Shown: in pieces, positions 8,672 through 16,946 of the stretch | Layout: each line of letters opens with the position of its first letter | Position numbering within the stretch: position 1 is the stretch's first letter | NCBI RefSeq assembly: GCF_001545095.1 | Contig: NZ_CP013213.1 | Coordinates: 330,001 to 362,000, forward strand | DNA from: Erysipelothrix larvae | GTDB taxonomy: Bacteria; Bacillota_I; Bacilli_A; Erysipelotrichales; Erysipelotrichaceae | Direction of reading: 5' to 3' | DNA length: 32,000 nt | Notes under the pieces: model-generated | Database searches by the model: none | The model's input: the letters and a program-made list of their open reading frames with translations, nothing else | What the model was told of the DNA's origin: nothing | Position numbers and translations under genes: made by a program

Positions 8672-9616
8672 ATGACAGTTGGACAAGGTATTGCTGGTGG
8701 CAAAATAATTTTAATGGGGGAGCATTCTGTTGTTTATGGGCAACCTGCAATTGCGTTACCTTTTTCTAAAGTTGCGATACAGTGTAGCGTTGATTTTATT
8801 CAAGGTGACAATACAGTAGATTGCGATTTTTATCATGGAAAACTCAATGAAGCACCCGTATTGCTTGAGGGTGTTCGTGCACTGGTTGAACGGACGATGA
8901 AAGAACTGGGCAAAGAGAATGATGGATTGCAATTAAGAATTGAATCAAACTTACCCGCCCAACGTGGATTGGGTTCAAGTGCCGCGGTTTCTGTCGCGGT
9001 TGTTCGTGCGTTATACGATGCGTTTAAAGTGGATTTAACCGAAGATGTTTTAACGGAATTGGTTGGGGTAGCGGAATCCATTTATCATGAAAGTCCAAGT
9101 GGTTTAGATGCAACGACCATCGCATCGGGAAAAGCCGTGTTTTTTGAGAAAAATCGAGGAAAGAAGTACTTACCAATGTCAATTGACGGAGTGCTTGTTG
9201 TTGCGGATACGGGTGTATTTGGACAAACCAAGCAAGCAGTCAGCTCTGTACGTACTCTATGGAATAATAATCCAGATCATATCAATCCAATCTTGGATCG
9301 TTTGGGAGAACTTACAATGCTTGCAAGCGAATGTCTTGAGACAAATGATAGTGTTATGCTTGGACGGACCATGAATGAAGCTCAAGCATTACTGCGACAA
9401 ATTGATGTCAGCGATGATCGTCTTGAGCATCTTGTTGAGGTTGCAATCGAAAGTGGTGCATTGGGCGCTAAACTGACAGGCGGTGGCAAAGGTGGGTGTA
9501 TGATTGCCTTATGCTCAACTTATGAAGCAGCAAATTATGTTTCACAAAAACTAAAAGAAGCAGGTGCTAGCAATACTTGGTTCTATGATTTAAAGGAGAT
9601 TGTTTCACATGAGTAA
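8672..9616 (+). CDS. mvk: Mevalonate kinase
   Basis: GHMP kinase motifs: GKIILMGEHSVVYGQPAIALP at the N-terminus, PAQRGLGSSAAVSVA (ATP-binding motif 2) and KLTGGGKGGCMIAL (motif 3). Confidence 0.9.
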   Translation: MTVGQGIAGGKIILMGEHSVVYGQPAIALPFSKVAIQCSVDFIQGDNTVDCDFYHGKLNEAPVLLEGVRALVERTMKELGKENDGLQLRIESNLPAQRGLGSSAAVSVAVVRALYDAFKVDLTEDVLTELVGVAESIYHESPSGLDATTIASGKAVFFEKNRGKKYLPMSIDGVLVVADTGVFGQTKQAVSSVRTLWNNNPDHINPILDRLGELTMLASECLETNDSVMLGRTMNEAQALLRQIDVSDDRLEHLVEVAIESGALGAKLTGGGKGGCMIALCSTYEAANYVSQKLKEAGASNTWFYDLKEIVSHE

Positions 9617-10550
9617 ACGCGTAAGAGCACACACTAATATCGCCTTGATTAAATACTGGGGTAAGAAAGATAAAGACTTGAGGTTGCCGTATAACTCAAG
9701 TCTTTCCTTAACATTGGATGGGTTTTATACCGAAACATCCGTGACCTACGATGATTCCTTAGATCACGATGTGTTCTATTTGGATGGCGTATACCAAGAC
9801 CAAGAAGAAGCACAACGTGTATTCTCTTTTATGCGTTTTCTGCGTTCGCGCTATGATTTACCACAAAAAGCGAAAATTGAGTCATGGAATCATGTGCCTA
9901 TGGCAGCAGGGCTTGCATCATCTGCGTCAGCATTTGCAGCGCTTGCGAAAGCCGCAACCCTTGATTTAGACCTCGATGATACCACACTTACCCGTCTGGC
10001 GCGCATGGGGTCAGGAAGTGCAAGTCGTTCTATTTATGGTGGATTTGTGAAGTGGGAACAGGGTGATGATGATCAAACAAGCATTGCCCATCCGATTGAT
10101 ATGAACCCTTGGGATGATATCCGGATGATCGTCTGTGTATTAAATTCGAAACAAAAACGTTTCTCAAGTTCAATGGCGATGGATAAGACAGTGGAAGAAT
10201 CCGTGTACTATGAAGGGTGGGTTAGGCAAAGTGAACGTGACCTTGTGAACTTAGAAAACGCCTTAAAAGCACATGATATTCATACGGTTGGGAAAATTTC
10301 CCAGGAAAATGCTTTGCGTATGCATGCTTCGCTAATGGCAGTGGGCCTGTGGTATTTTGAACCTGAAACCCTTGATATTATGAATCGAATTCGAGATCTA
10401 CAGGACAGTATTCCAGTGTACTTTACGATGGATGCTGGACCAAATGTAAAACTCATTACGACCCAAGAATATGTAGACGATGTATTAAAGGTCTTGAATG
10501 GAATTGAAGTTCATATCAGTAAACCTGGTCCAGGGGCATATGTCGTATGA
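9609..10550 (+). CDS. mvaD: Diphosphomevalonate decarboxylase
   Basis: ATG 9609 lies 10 nt after AAGGAG and overlaps the mvk end by 8 nt. Motifs: TNIALIKYWGKKD, MAAGLASSASAFAAL, GSGSASRS, FTMDAGPNV. Confidence 0.9.
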   Translation: MSKRVRAHTNIALIKYWGKKDKDLRLPYNSSLSLTLDGFYTETSVTYDDSLDHDVFYLDGVYQDQEEAQRVFSFMRFLRSRYDLPQKAKIESWNHVPMAAGLASSASAFAALAKAATLDLDLDDTTLTRLARMGSGSASRSIYGGFVKWEQGDDDQTSIAHPIDMNPWDDIRMIVCVLNSKQKRFSSSMAMDKTVEESVYYEGWVRQSERDLVNLENALKAHDIHTVGKISQENALRMHASLMAVGLWYFEPETLDIMNRIRDLQDSIPVYFTMDAGPNVKLITTQEYVDDVLKVLNGIEVHISKPGPGAYVV

Positions 10551-11515
10551 TTGAAGTTAAACACCCTGGAAAACTCTATGTGATGGGTGAGTACTCTGTA
10601 ATGCAACCTGGAAACAGTGCAGTGCTTATTGCGGTGAAACAAAAAATGATAACACGTATTGAAGCATCACCAGAGACACGCATTGAAACCCAATATGGGA
10701 CATTTCGACCACAACACAGTGATGAGAAATCATTGCGTTATGTTAAACAAGCGTATGAAGTCTGTGAAGCATATTTAAGGTTTAAACAGGTTTCATTCAA
10801 GCCATTTAAAATGAAGATTACCAGTACCCTTGATGTGGAAGGTAAGAAGTATGGATTTGGTTCAAGTGGTGTTGTGATTGTGAGTGTGTTGGATGCGATG
10901 CTTCACTATCATGCACTCAATGTGGATGCATTGACCCTGTTTAAACTGAGTGTATATACGCAATATTTGATGCATGAAATGAGTTCAGGTGGCGATATTG
11001 CGGTTGCCGTATATGGACAATCACTGGCCTATACGCGCTATGATACTGCGTGTGTGACTGCGGATATTCGGTGTGTTGAAATGGAATGGAATCAATTAAT
11101 GATCCAACCCCTAAAACTGGACGTTGATATCTTTGTGGGATGGACCCAATCCCCATATAAAACTCCCGATGCTTTGAATCATGCAAAAAGATTTGAAACA
11201 CTGTATCCGGATGCGTATGTGAAGCGTTGTGATGAGGCCCAAGAAATTGTGATGGGATTTATATCCAATCCACAAAACTTGAAGTATATTGATATGTATC
11301 GAGATTGGATGCGATCATTTCAAAAGTGGACGCATCAAGCGATTGAAACAGAACAGTTAACACATCTCATCCAAAGTGCACAAGATTGTGGCTTTGTTGC
11401 GAAAGTAAGTGGAGCAGGTGGTGGTGATTGTGGTATTGCCCTAGGTAGGGATCTTGATCCAACCCCTTTGTATCGTGAATGGGAAAAGCACGGGATTATT
11501 CCTGTGGAGATATAG
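10547..11515 (+). CDS. mvaK2: Phosphomevalonate kinase (GHMP type)
   Basis: ATGA overlap with mvaD. Motifs: GKLYVMGEYSVMQPGNSAV, KYGFGSSGVV, KVSGAGGGDCGIAL. Confidence 0.85.
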   Translation: MIEVKHPGKLYVMGEYSVMQPGNSAVLIAVKQKMITRIEASPETRIETQYGTFRPQHSDEKSLRYVKQAYEVCEAYLRFKQVSFKPFKMKITSTLDVEGKKYGFGSSGVVIVSVLDAMLHYHALNVDALTLFKLSVYTQYLMHEMSSGGDIAVAVYGQSLAYTRYDTACVTADIRCVEMEWNQLMIQPLKLDVDIFVGWTQSPYKTPDALNHAKRFETLYPDAYVKRCDEAQEIVMGFISNPQNLKYIDMYRDWMRSFQKWTHQAIETEQLTHLIQSAQDCGFVAKVSGAGGGDCGIALGRDLDPTPLYREWEKHGIIPVEI

Positions 11516-11523
11516 GAGGAATT

Positions 11524-12513
11524 ATGCGTTCAAAACGAAAAGACGAACATGTTGAGTTCGCATTAAAACAACCAGATCAAAAGAGTCCGTTTGAATCCAT
11601 GCGATTGAAACAAAACAGTTTACCCGAAATCGATGTAGCCGATGTTGATTTAAGTGCAACCTACTTAGGGCATTCTTTTGCTGTTCCGTTTTATATCAAT
11701 GCCATGACAGGAGGCAGTGAGAAAACAAAAGAAATCAATCGCAAGTTAGCGTTGATTGCGAAGAAGTATGGTCTTGCGATGGCAGTTGGGTCGCAACATG
11801 CAGCCCTTGATGATGCATCACTTCGATCGTCGTATGCGATTGTTCGTGAAGTCAATCCGGATGGATTTATTATGGGAAATGTAAATTGTAATGCGACACT
11901 TGAAGATGCACAACGTGCCATTGAGATGATCAAAGCAGATGCACTTCAAATTCATATTAATGTTGCCCAAGAACTCACAATGCGTGAAGGGGATCGCACC
12001 TTTAGACATTGGATTTCTCATATCGAACAAATTGTTGCAGGTGTGGATGTTCCGGTGCTTGTGAAAGAAGTTGGGAATGGTATGGATCGTGAGTCTGTAC
12101 GAAAACTCATTGAAATTGGCGTAAAAAGTGTGGATGTTTCAGGGCGAGGTGGGACCAACTTTATTTGGATTGAAGACAGTCGAAATGAAAAACCACGGTA
12201 TGATTACCTCAAAGACTGGGGCATGAGCACCCTTGAATCACTACTGGATAATCAAGTAAATATGCATGATGTTGAGTTTCTTGCATCAGGAGGTGTTAAA
12301 ACACCGCTGGATGTCATTAAATGTCTAGTGTTGGGTGCTCACGGTGTGGGAATTTCTAAAATGTTCTTAGATTTAGCAGTTCATGATGATATGGATCTGG
12401 ATGGGTTTATTGAAGACTTAAAACATATTATGGTGATGTTGAATAAACGCACACTATCCGAATTGACTACCGTACACTATGTATGCGAAGACATACAATG
12501 GAGACACTCATGA
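11524..12513 (+). CDS. fni: Type 2 isopentenyl-diphosphate delta-isomerase (FMN-dependent)
   Basis: ATG 11524 follows AGGAGGA. Motifs: INAMTGGS, VGSQ, VKEVGNGM, SGRGGTNF, ASGG. Last gene of the lower mevalonate block. Confidence 0.9.
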   Translation: MRSKRKDEHVEFALKQPDQKSPFESMRLKQNSLPEIDVADVDLSATYLGHSFAVPFYINAMTGGSEKTKEINRKLALIAKKYGLAMAVGSQHAALDDASLRSSYAIVREVNPDGFIMGNVNCNATLEDAQRAIEMIKADALQIHINVAQELTMREGDRTFRHWISHIEQIVAGVDVPVLVKEVGNGMDRESVRKLIEIGVKSVDVSGRGGTNFIWIEDSRNEKPRYDYLKDWGMSTLESLLDNQVNMHDVEFLASGGVKTPLDVIKCLVLGAHGVGISKMFLDLAVHDDMDLDGFIEDLKHIMVMLNKRTLSELTTVHYVCEDIQWRHS

Positions 12514-13340
12514 GAGCAGATTATCACGTACACAGTGCATACAGCGATGATTCATGGTATGAAATGGAAACCGTCGTCAAAGACGCGATTGAATTAGGAT
12601 TAACTGAAATATGCTTTACGGATCATGTAGATTATGGAATCAAGATTGATTGGGATGATCCCCGTGAACCCAAGACTGTTCAAGGGTTTAAATTGTTGAA
12701 TGTGGATTACCCAAACTATTTTGCGCAAATTGCGTCCCTTCAAGAGAAATATAAAGGGTTGATTTGTGTGAAAAAGGGATTAGAGTTTGGCATTCAAACA
12801 CATACAATCCCCTTGTACGAAGCATTATTTCAACGCTATCCGATGGATTTTGTGCTGTTGTCGATCCATCAAATCAAAGATCAAGAATTTTGGACGGGGG
12901 AATTTCAAGCGGGTAAGACACACGCTCAATGTTATCAAGCGTATTATCAAGAAATGCTTGATGTTATCACTCAATTTAAAAACTACAGTTGTTTAGCACA
13001 TATGGATTTGTTGCGCCGTTACCTTGATGTGGAAGTCGATGCTTTTGAATCCACAAAAGATCAAATCACGCAGATTTTGAAGCTGGTGATTAAAGATGGA
13101 AAAGGGATTGAAGTGAATACATCCTCAGTGCGTTATGGGGTAAAAGGACTAACACCTTCACGTGAAATTTTAACGTTATATCATCAACTGGGAGGCACCA
13201 TTATCACGATTGGAAGTGACGCTCATCAACAAGATCATCTGGGGTTTCATATTGAAGAATCGAAGCAAATTTTAAGAGAGATTGGGTTTAAAGCCACCTG
13301 TACTTTTGACAATATGGTTCCCATCTTTCATGCACTTTAA
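12510..13340 (+). CDS. PHP-domain phosphoesterase, HisJ (histidinol-phosphatase) family
   Basis: ATGA overlap with the fni stop, and GGAGA lies 6 nt upstream. The N-terminal ADYHVHSAYSDDS ... CFTDHVDYG and the later SIH, AHMD and GSDAH segments match the PHP metal-ligand pattern. Confidence 0.75.
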   Translation: MRADYHVHSAYSDDSWYEMETVVKDAIELGLTEICFTDHVDYGIKIDWDDPREPKTVQGFKLLNVDYPNYFAQIASLQEKYKGLICVKKGLEFGIQTHTIPLYEALFQRYPMDFVLLSIHQIKDQEFWTGEFQAGKTHAQCYQAYYQEMLDVITQFKNYSCLAHMDLLRRYLDVEVDAFESTKDQITQILKLVIKDGKGIEVNTSSVRYGVKGLTPSREILTLYHQLGGTIITIGSDAHQQDHLGFHIEESKQILREIGFKATCTFDNMVPIFHAL

Positions 13341-13397
13341 TTTAAAAGTTTTAAAGCAATGGATCTGATTCAATCGTATAGACTTTACTAATATCTA

Positions 13398-13427
13398 TTG
13401 AATCTAACCATCTGTTTGTGCTACAAT
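13398..13427 (+). promoter_or_regulatory. Promoter upstream of the pyrimidine attenuator and permease
   Basis: TTGAAT (13398-403), an 18-nt spacer, then TGcTACAAT (extended -10, hexamer 13422-27). Confidence 0.45.
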
Positions 13428-13512
13428 TCCTTTAAGGAAAAGTCCTTTAAGATGATCCCGAGAGATCAACAAGGTGTTGTAGCAACATTTTAAGGGCAAC
13501 CGCTCTTTTTTT
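13428..13512 (+). promoter_or_regulatory. PyrR-binding attenuator-like leader
   Basis: CCUUUAAGAUGAUCCCGAGAGAUCAACAAGG resembles the PyrR binding loop consensus (ARUCCAGAGAGGYU ... AAGG). The upper stem GAUC/GAUC appears to covary. CAACA/TGTTG/CAAC segments allow alternative pairings. A T7 run at 13506-13512 precedes the RBS. The terminator stem itself is imperfect. Confidence 0.5.
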
Positions 13513-13560
13513 GTGCGATTAAGGACTTCTTCTAAAATTAAGGGAGAAGGAGGACGTTTG

Positions 13561-14895
13561 ATGTCAACAAATCAAACATTTACTGGTTATTTACCAGATG
13601 AAAAGCCATCGTTTGGCAAACTTGTACTGTTTGCAGTACAACAGATTTTAGTAATGTTCCCAGCGACCGTTATGGTTGCACTATTAACTGGGTTCCATGT
13701 TTCTACCACTATTTTCGCAAGTGGGCTTGCAACATTATGCTTCTTATTTGTAACTAAGGGGAAAATTCCATTGTATTATGGATCAAGTTTCTCATATATT
13801 TCCGCAATTGTCGGAATCACCGGTGCTACCTATGGAGAAGTAGCTCCAGATATTTTAATCTCACAAGCACAATTTGGAATTATCATGTCCGGTCTTGTAT
13901 CAATTATCGCAGGACTTGTCGTAAATAAATTCGGACAAGATAAAATTGAAAAATTCTTGCCTGCAACAGTAACAGGATCAATTGCGATTATTATTGGTCT
14001 TTCCCTCGCAGGTTCTGCAATGACCGGTGCACTTGGATATCAAGTGGTTGACGGGGTTGCATCAATGGATATGAAGTCCGCAATCGTTGCGATTGTTACT
14101 TTAACTTCTACCATTCTATTCTCAGTATACCTAAAAAAAGGTATCTTAGGTCAAGTGCCAATTCTTATGGGAATTCTTGTTGGATATGGTTTGAGTATTG
14201 CGTTAGGTATGATTGACTTTGGATCAATATTCTCTCAACCAGTACTTCAGGCACCACATATCACCCTACCAAGTGCAAACTGGAAGGCAGTGACAGCAAT
14301 TATGCCAATTGCAATCGCAACCATACCAGAATCAACTGCGCATTTATTCCAATTGGATATCTATGTAAACAACGTAGCGAAAATGAAGAATTCTAAGAAA
14401 CGTTATGATATTGGCAATCGTTTAGGCTCAAACCTCATCGGTGATGGTGTGGGTGATATTGTCAGCGCAATGTTTGGTGGTCCTGCAGGAACAAACTACG
14501 GCGAAAATATTTCAACGATGGCAATCACAAATAACTTCTCAGTGTATGTGCTTGGTACCGCTGCGATTATCACAATGTTAATTTCATTTGTAAGTCCACT
14601 CTCAGCACTTGTTAGCTCGATTCCATCCGCTGTAATCAATGGCGTTGGGATTTACCTCTTTGGTGTTATTGGGGCACAAGGGATTGCGATTATTATTAAT
14701 AAAGGCGTTGACCTCTTTGATGCACGAAACCTTGCCATCATTTCAGTAATCTTGATCATCGGGCTTGGTGGTTCATTCGCATTTGAAGGCGGCATGATTT
14801 TGATTGGAACATGGGAATTACCTGCAATCGCAACCGCATCAATCGTCGGAATATTGTTTAATATCTTGCTCAGTTTTAAAAAGGAAACAGAATAA
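13561..14895 (+). CDS. pyrP: Uracil (nucleobase:cation symporter-2 family) permease
   Basis: ATG 13561 follows GGAGAAGGAGGA. About 12 predicted TM segments. The N-terminal GKLVLFAVQQILVMFPATV and the PESTAH / GENISTMAIT segments are NCS2-like. The PyrR-type leader upstream supports pyrimidine specificity. Confidence 0.75.
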   Translation: MSTNQTFTGYLPDEKPSFGKLVLFAVQQILVMFPATVMVALLTGFHVSTTIFASGLATLCFLFVTKGKIPLYYGSSFSYISAIVGITGATYGEVAPDILISQAQFGIIMSGLVSIIAGLVVNKFGQDKIEKFLPATVTGSIAIIIGLSLAGSAMTGALGYQVVDGVASMDMKSAIVAIVTLTSTILFSVYLKKGILGQVPILMGILVGYGLSIALGMIDFGSIFSQPVLQAPHITLPSANWKAVTAIMPIAIATIPESTAHLFQLDIYVNNVAKMKNSKKRYDIGNRLGSNLIGDGVGDIVSAMFGGPAGTNYGENISTMAITNNFSVYVLGTAAIITMLISFVSPLSALVSSIPSAVINGVGIYLFGVIGAQGIAIIINKGVDLFDARNLAIISVILIIGLGGSFAFEGGMILIGTWELPAIATASIVGILFNILLSFKKETE

Positions 14896-14922
14896 AGATA
14901 CACACAACATCATGAAATAATG

Positions 14923-14957
14923 ATACCTGTAACAGAAATTTGTTACAGGTATTTTTA
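14923..14957 (+). terminator. Strong intrinsic terminator after the permease gene
   Basis: Perfect 12-bp stem ATACCTGTAACA gaaatt TGTTACAGGTAT, followed by TTTT. Confidence 0.85.
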
Positions 14958-15112
14958 ATTGGCATAAAACAAGAAAGGACAAAAATTACCAATAAATAAG
15001 AACTTTAAGGGACTGAACGAACACATTAATGGAGAAACAAAGTGTGAAATAAAGGGGATATCCAAAAATCTAATTATTATTAATCTAACTTATAATCATA
15101 AAATTTTAGAGT

Positions 15113-15141
15113 TTGTGGTATGAATAAATTTATTTTATAAT
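15113..15141 (+). promoter_or_regulatory. Candidate promoter of the SipW/TasA-like operon
   Basis: TTGTGG (15113-18), a 17-nt spacer, then TATAAT (15136-41). Lies in a roughly 200-nt AT-rich spacer that carries the direct repeats AATCTAATT / AATCTAACT (15067-15089). Confidence 0.4.
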
Positions 15142-15165
15142 GGGGGCGTTAAAGGGGGATTGTCT

Positions 15166-15828
15166 ATGAAAGATAATACAAAGAAAAAGAGTTTAGCACT
15201 CTTTATTAGTTTATGTTCATTATTTATTTTCGCTGGATCACTTGTAGCGTACTTCAGCGATAAGGTAACTGGAGAGGCAAGCATTACAGCAGGTACGTTG
15301 GATATCGATGGTACTTATGAACTCTACTATAATGGTAGTGAAGAGAAAGTGCCGGATAACAAGCTCTTAAACTTTAATCCAGGGGATTATGTTGTAGTAA
15401 AAGCGAGCTTCACAAACGGAGGAACAAAGAGTGCATGGATTCGTAATTCAATCGGATTAACCGGGGGACTTGCTGAACTCACTACAGGTGAAGGGACACC
15501 AGTAATTTTAGTATATGAAGGAGAAGTTACCTCTAATTTTACACCTCAAAATGCAAAGAATCTAACATCAAACTCTTATATTTCTGGGACGAAGGTTATT
15601 GAAGGTTCAGCGGAAAAAGAACCTGAAGTTAACGGAGTCGAAAAATATGAAGTAACATACACAATTTACTTTAGTCCAGATGCTGGCAATAATGCACAAA
15701 GAAAGGATTTAGAACTAACTCTTCAAACTGAAGCTTTACAGTATAGAAATAATAAAGATATATCAGGAGATGATGCTTGGAAAAAAGTACAAGAGTATGT
15801 AGCTGACACAAATGTAGTTGAACCATAG
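15166..15828 (+). CDS. TasA/camelysin-family secreted protein with a SipW-type signal peptide (putative major fibre subunit)
   Basis: ATG 15166 lies 7 nt after AAGGGGGA. The signal is K-rich, then hydrophobic, then the VAYFSDKVTGEASITAGTLDI motif. The NFNPGDYVVVKASFTNGG and C-terminal AGNNAQRKDLELTLQTEALQYRNN segments parallel B. subtilis TasA (NLKPGDKLTKDFQFENNG; NKYQGNSIKLQFSFEATQWNG, recalled from memory). Confidence 0.8.
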   Translation: MKDNTKKKSLALFISLCSLFIFAGSLVAYFSDKVTGEASITAGTLDIDGTYELYYNGSEEKVPDNKLLNFNPGDYVVVKASFTNGGTKSAWIRNSIGLTGGLAELTTGEGTPVILVYEGEVTSNFTPQNAKNLTSNSYISGTKVIEGSAEKEPEVNGVEKYEVTYTIYFSPDAGNNAQRKDLELTLQTEALQYRNNKDISGDDAWKKVQEYVADTNVVEP

Positions 15829-15835
15829 TATCTAT

Positions 15836-16438
15836 ATGAGAGCATTAGTGGCAACATTCATTTGTTTGTTCACGCCAATCTCAGTGATTGATCTTAATCG
15901 TGCATTTGAAAATCAAAATGCAGTTTTACTTGAAATAAACGTTGATGATGTCCATCCAGGTACGTCATCAACGTTTACCTATGAGTTTGATAATACAATG
16001 GACTTTGAGGTCAGTCTCTATTTGATAAAGGTAGAAACAACAAACAACAATGAATTAACAAAAAACATTGTTTTAAGAATGTCTCAAAGTTCTATGGAGT
16101 TAGACCATAACGGAACTGAAATGAATCTATTAATTGCGACAATTGATAAAGGAGACCGCGTAAAAGTTGATTTTGAATACTCGATTGATCCACATGCTGG
16201 CAATGAAATACAAGGGTTATCAGAAACCTATCAACTTGAATTTATGATTTTTAATGGCGATTTGGACTTGCCTGATACAGGAAATCCAGACGTTGAATTA
16301 CCAACGCCCAATCCACCACTCATATTACCAAGTACAGGACTTGAAGGAGACAATCGTTGGCCAGTTATTGCGCTGGGAGGGGTGTTAATGGGAATCGCTC
16401 TTCTACTTAAGGAAAGGGATGATGAAGATGAAACATAA
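15836..16438 (+). CDS. TasA-like domain protein with a C-terminal LPSTG cell-wall sorting-type signal (putative anchor subunit)
   Basis: The start is uncertain: ATG 15836 lies 8 nt after the upstream stop and has no SD. Hydrophobic N-terminus plus RAFENQNAVLLEINV. DVHPGTSSTFTYEFDN and AGNEIQGLSETYQLEFMIFNGD match the TasA pattern. A Pro-rich linker leads to LPSTG (16325-16339), then a hydrophobic stretch VIALGGVLMGIALLL, then the tail KERDDEDET. Confidence 0.65.
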   Translation: MRALVATFICLFTPISVIDLNRAFENQNAVLLEINVDDVHPGTSSTFTYEFDNTMDFEVSLYLIKVETTNNNELTKNIVLRMSQSSMELDHNGTEMNLLIATIDKGDRVKVDFEYSIDPHAGNEIQGLSETYQLEFMIFNGDLDLPDTGNPDVELPTPNPPLILPSTGLEGDNRWPVIALGGVLMGIALLLKERDDEDET

Positions 16439-16946
16439 AATAATCGCGAATACAGTTCTAGTTTTATCAGTAATTTTACTTGTGCTAGCACTGTATTTTT
16501 CTTTTGTAAAAAAGGACAATGAAGAGATGTTTTTCTTTGGGTACAAACCGTTCATCATAACATCAGGATCAATGGAACCAAAGTATCCAGTAAATTCACT
16601 GGTGGTTGTGAAAAAAGTCGATGCATCAACCTTACAAGTCGGTGACGAAATTGCATTTTATAGTCATTTAATCAACGCAAACGTCTTCCACCGTATTGTG
16701 GATATCGATGATCAAGGATTTGTGACAAAAGGGGATAACAATAAGAATGCGGATCTTGAAATTGTTGAGACCATTGATGTATTAGGTAAAGCTGTGTTTT
16801 ACACTACTTTGACCACATCCATCATCGCTCATTTTAATTCACCACTTCATGTTGTACTGTATGGTGTTGTACCTGTATGTTCACTATATATTGGGGTGCA
16901 TTTTTTTGTTCGATATCGTAAAGAGAAACGGGGTGTGATCCAATGA
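16419..16946 (+). CDS. sipW: Signal peptidase I, SipW (ER/archaeal, Ser-His) type
   Basis: SGSMEP (catalytic Ser), FHRIVDID (His) and KGDNN motifs, with N- and C-terminal TM helices as in B. subtilis SipW. Alternative ATG starts at 16419, 16422 and 16428 follow AAGGAAAGGG. Overlaps the previous gene by up to 20 nt. Confidence 0.85.
   Translation: MMKMKHKIIANTVLVLSVILLVLALYFSFVKKDNEEMFFFGYKPFIITSGSMEPKYPVNSLVVVKKVDASTLQVGDEIAFYSHLINANVFHRIVDIDDQGFVTKGDNNKNADLEIVETIDVLGKAVFYTTLTTSIIAHFNSPLHVVLYGVVPVCSLYIGVHFFVRYRKEKRGVIQ

Noticed and set aside
13380-13512. A purine (guanine/xanthine) riboswitch upstream of the NCS2 permease.
   Set aside because: There is no three-way junction and none of the conserved loop sequences of purine riboswitches. 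The sequence matches the PyrR binding loop instead.
16268-16282. The first LPDTG pentapeptide in P2 as the sorting signal.
   Set aside because: It is not followed by a hydrophobic segment. The downstream LPSTG (16325-16339) has the hydrophobic stretch and is the only plausible sorting motif.
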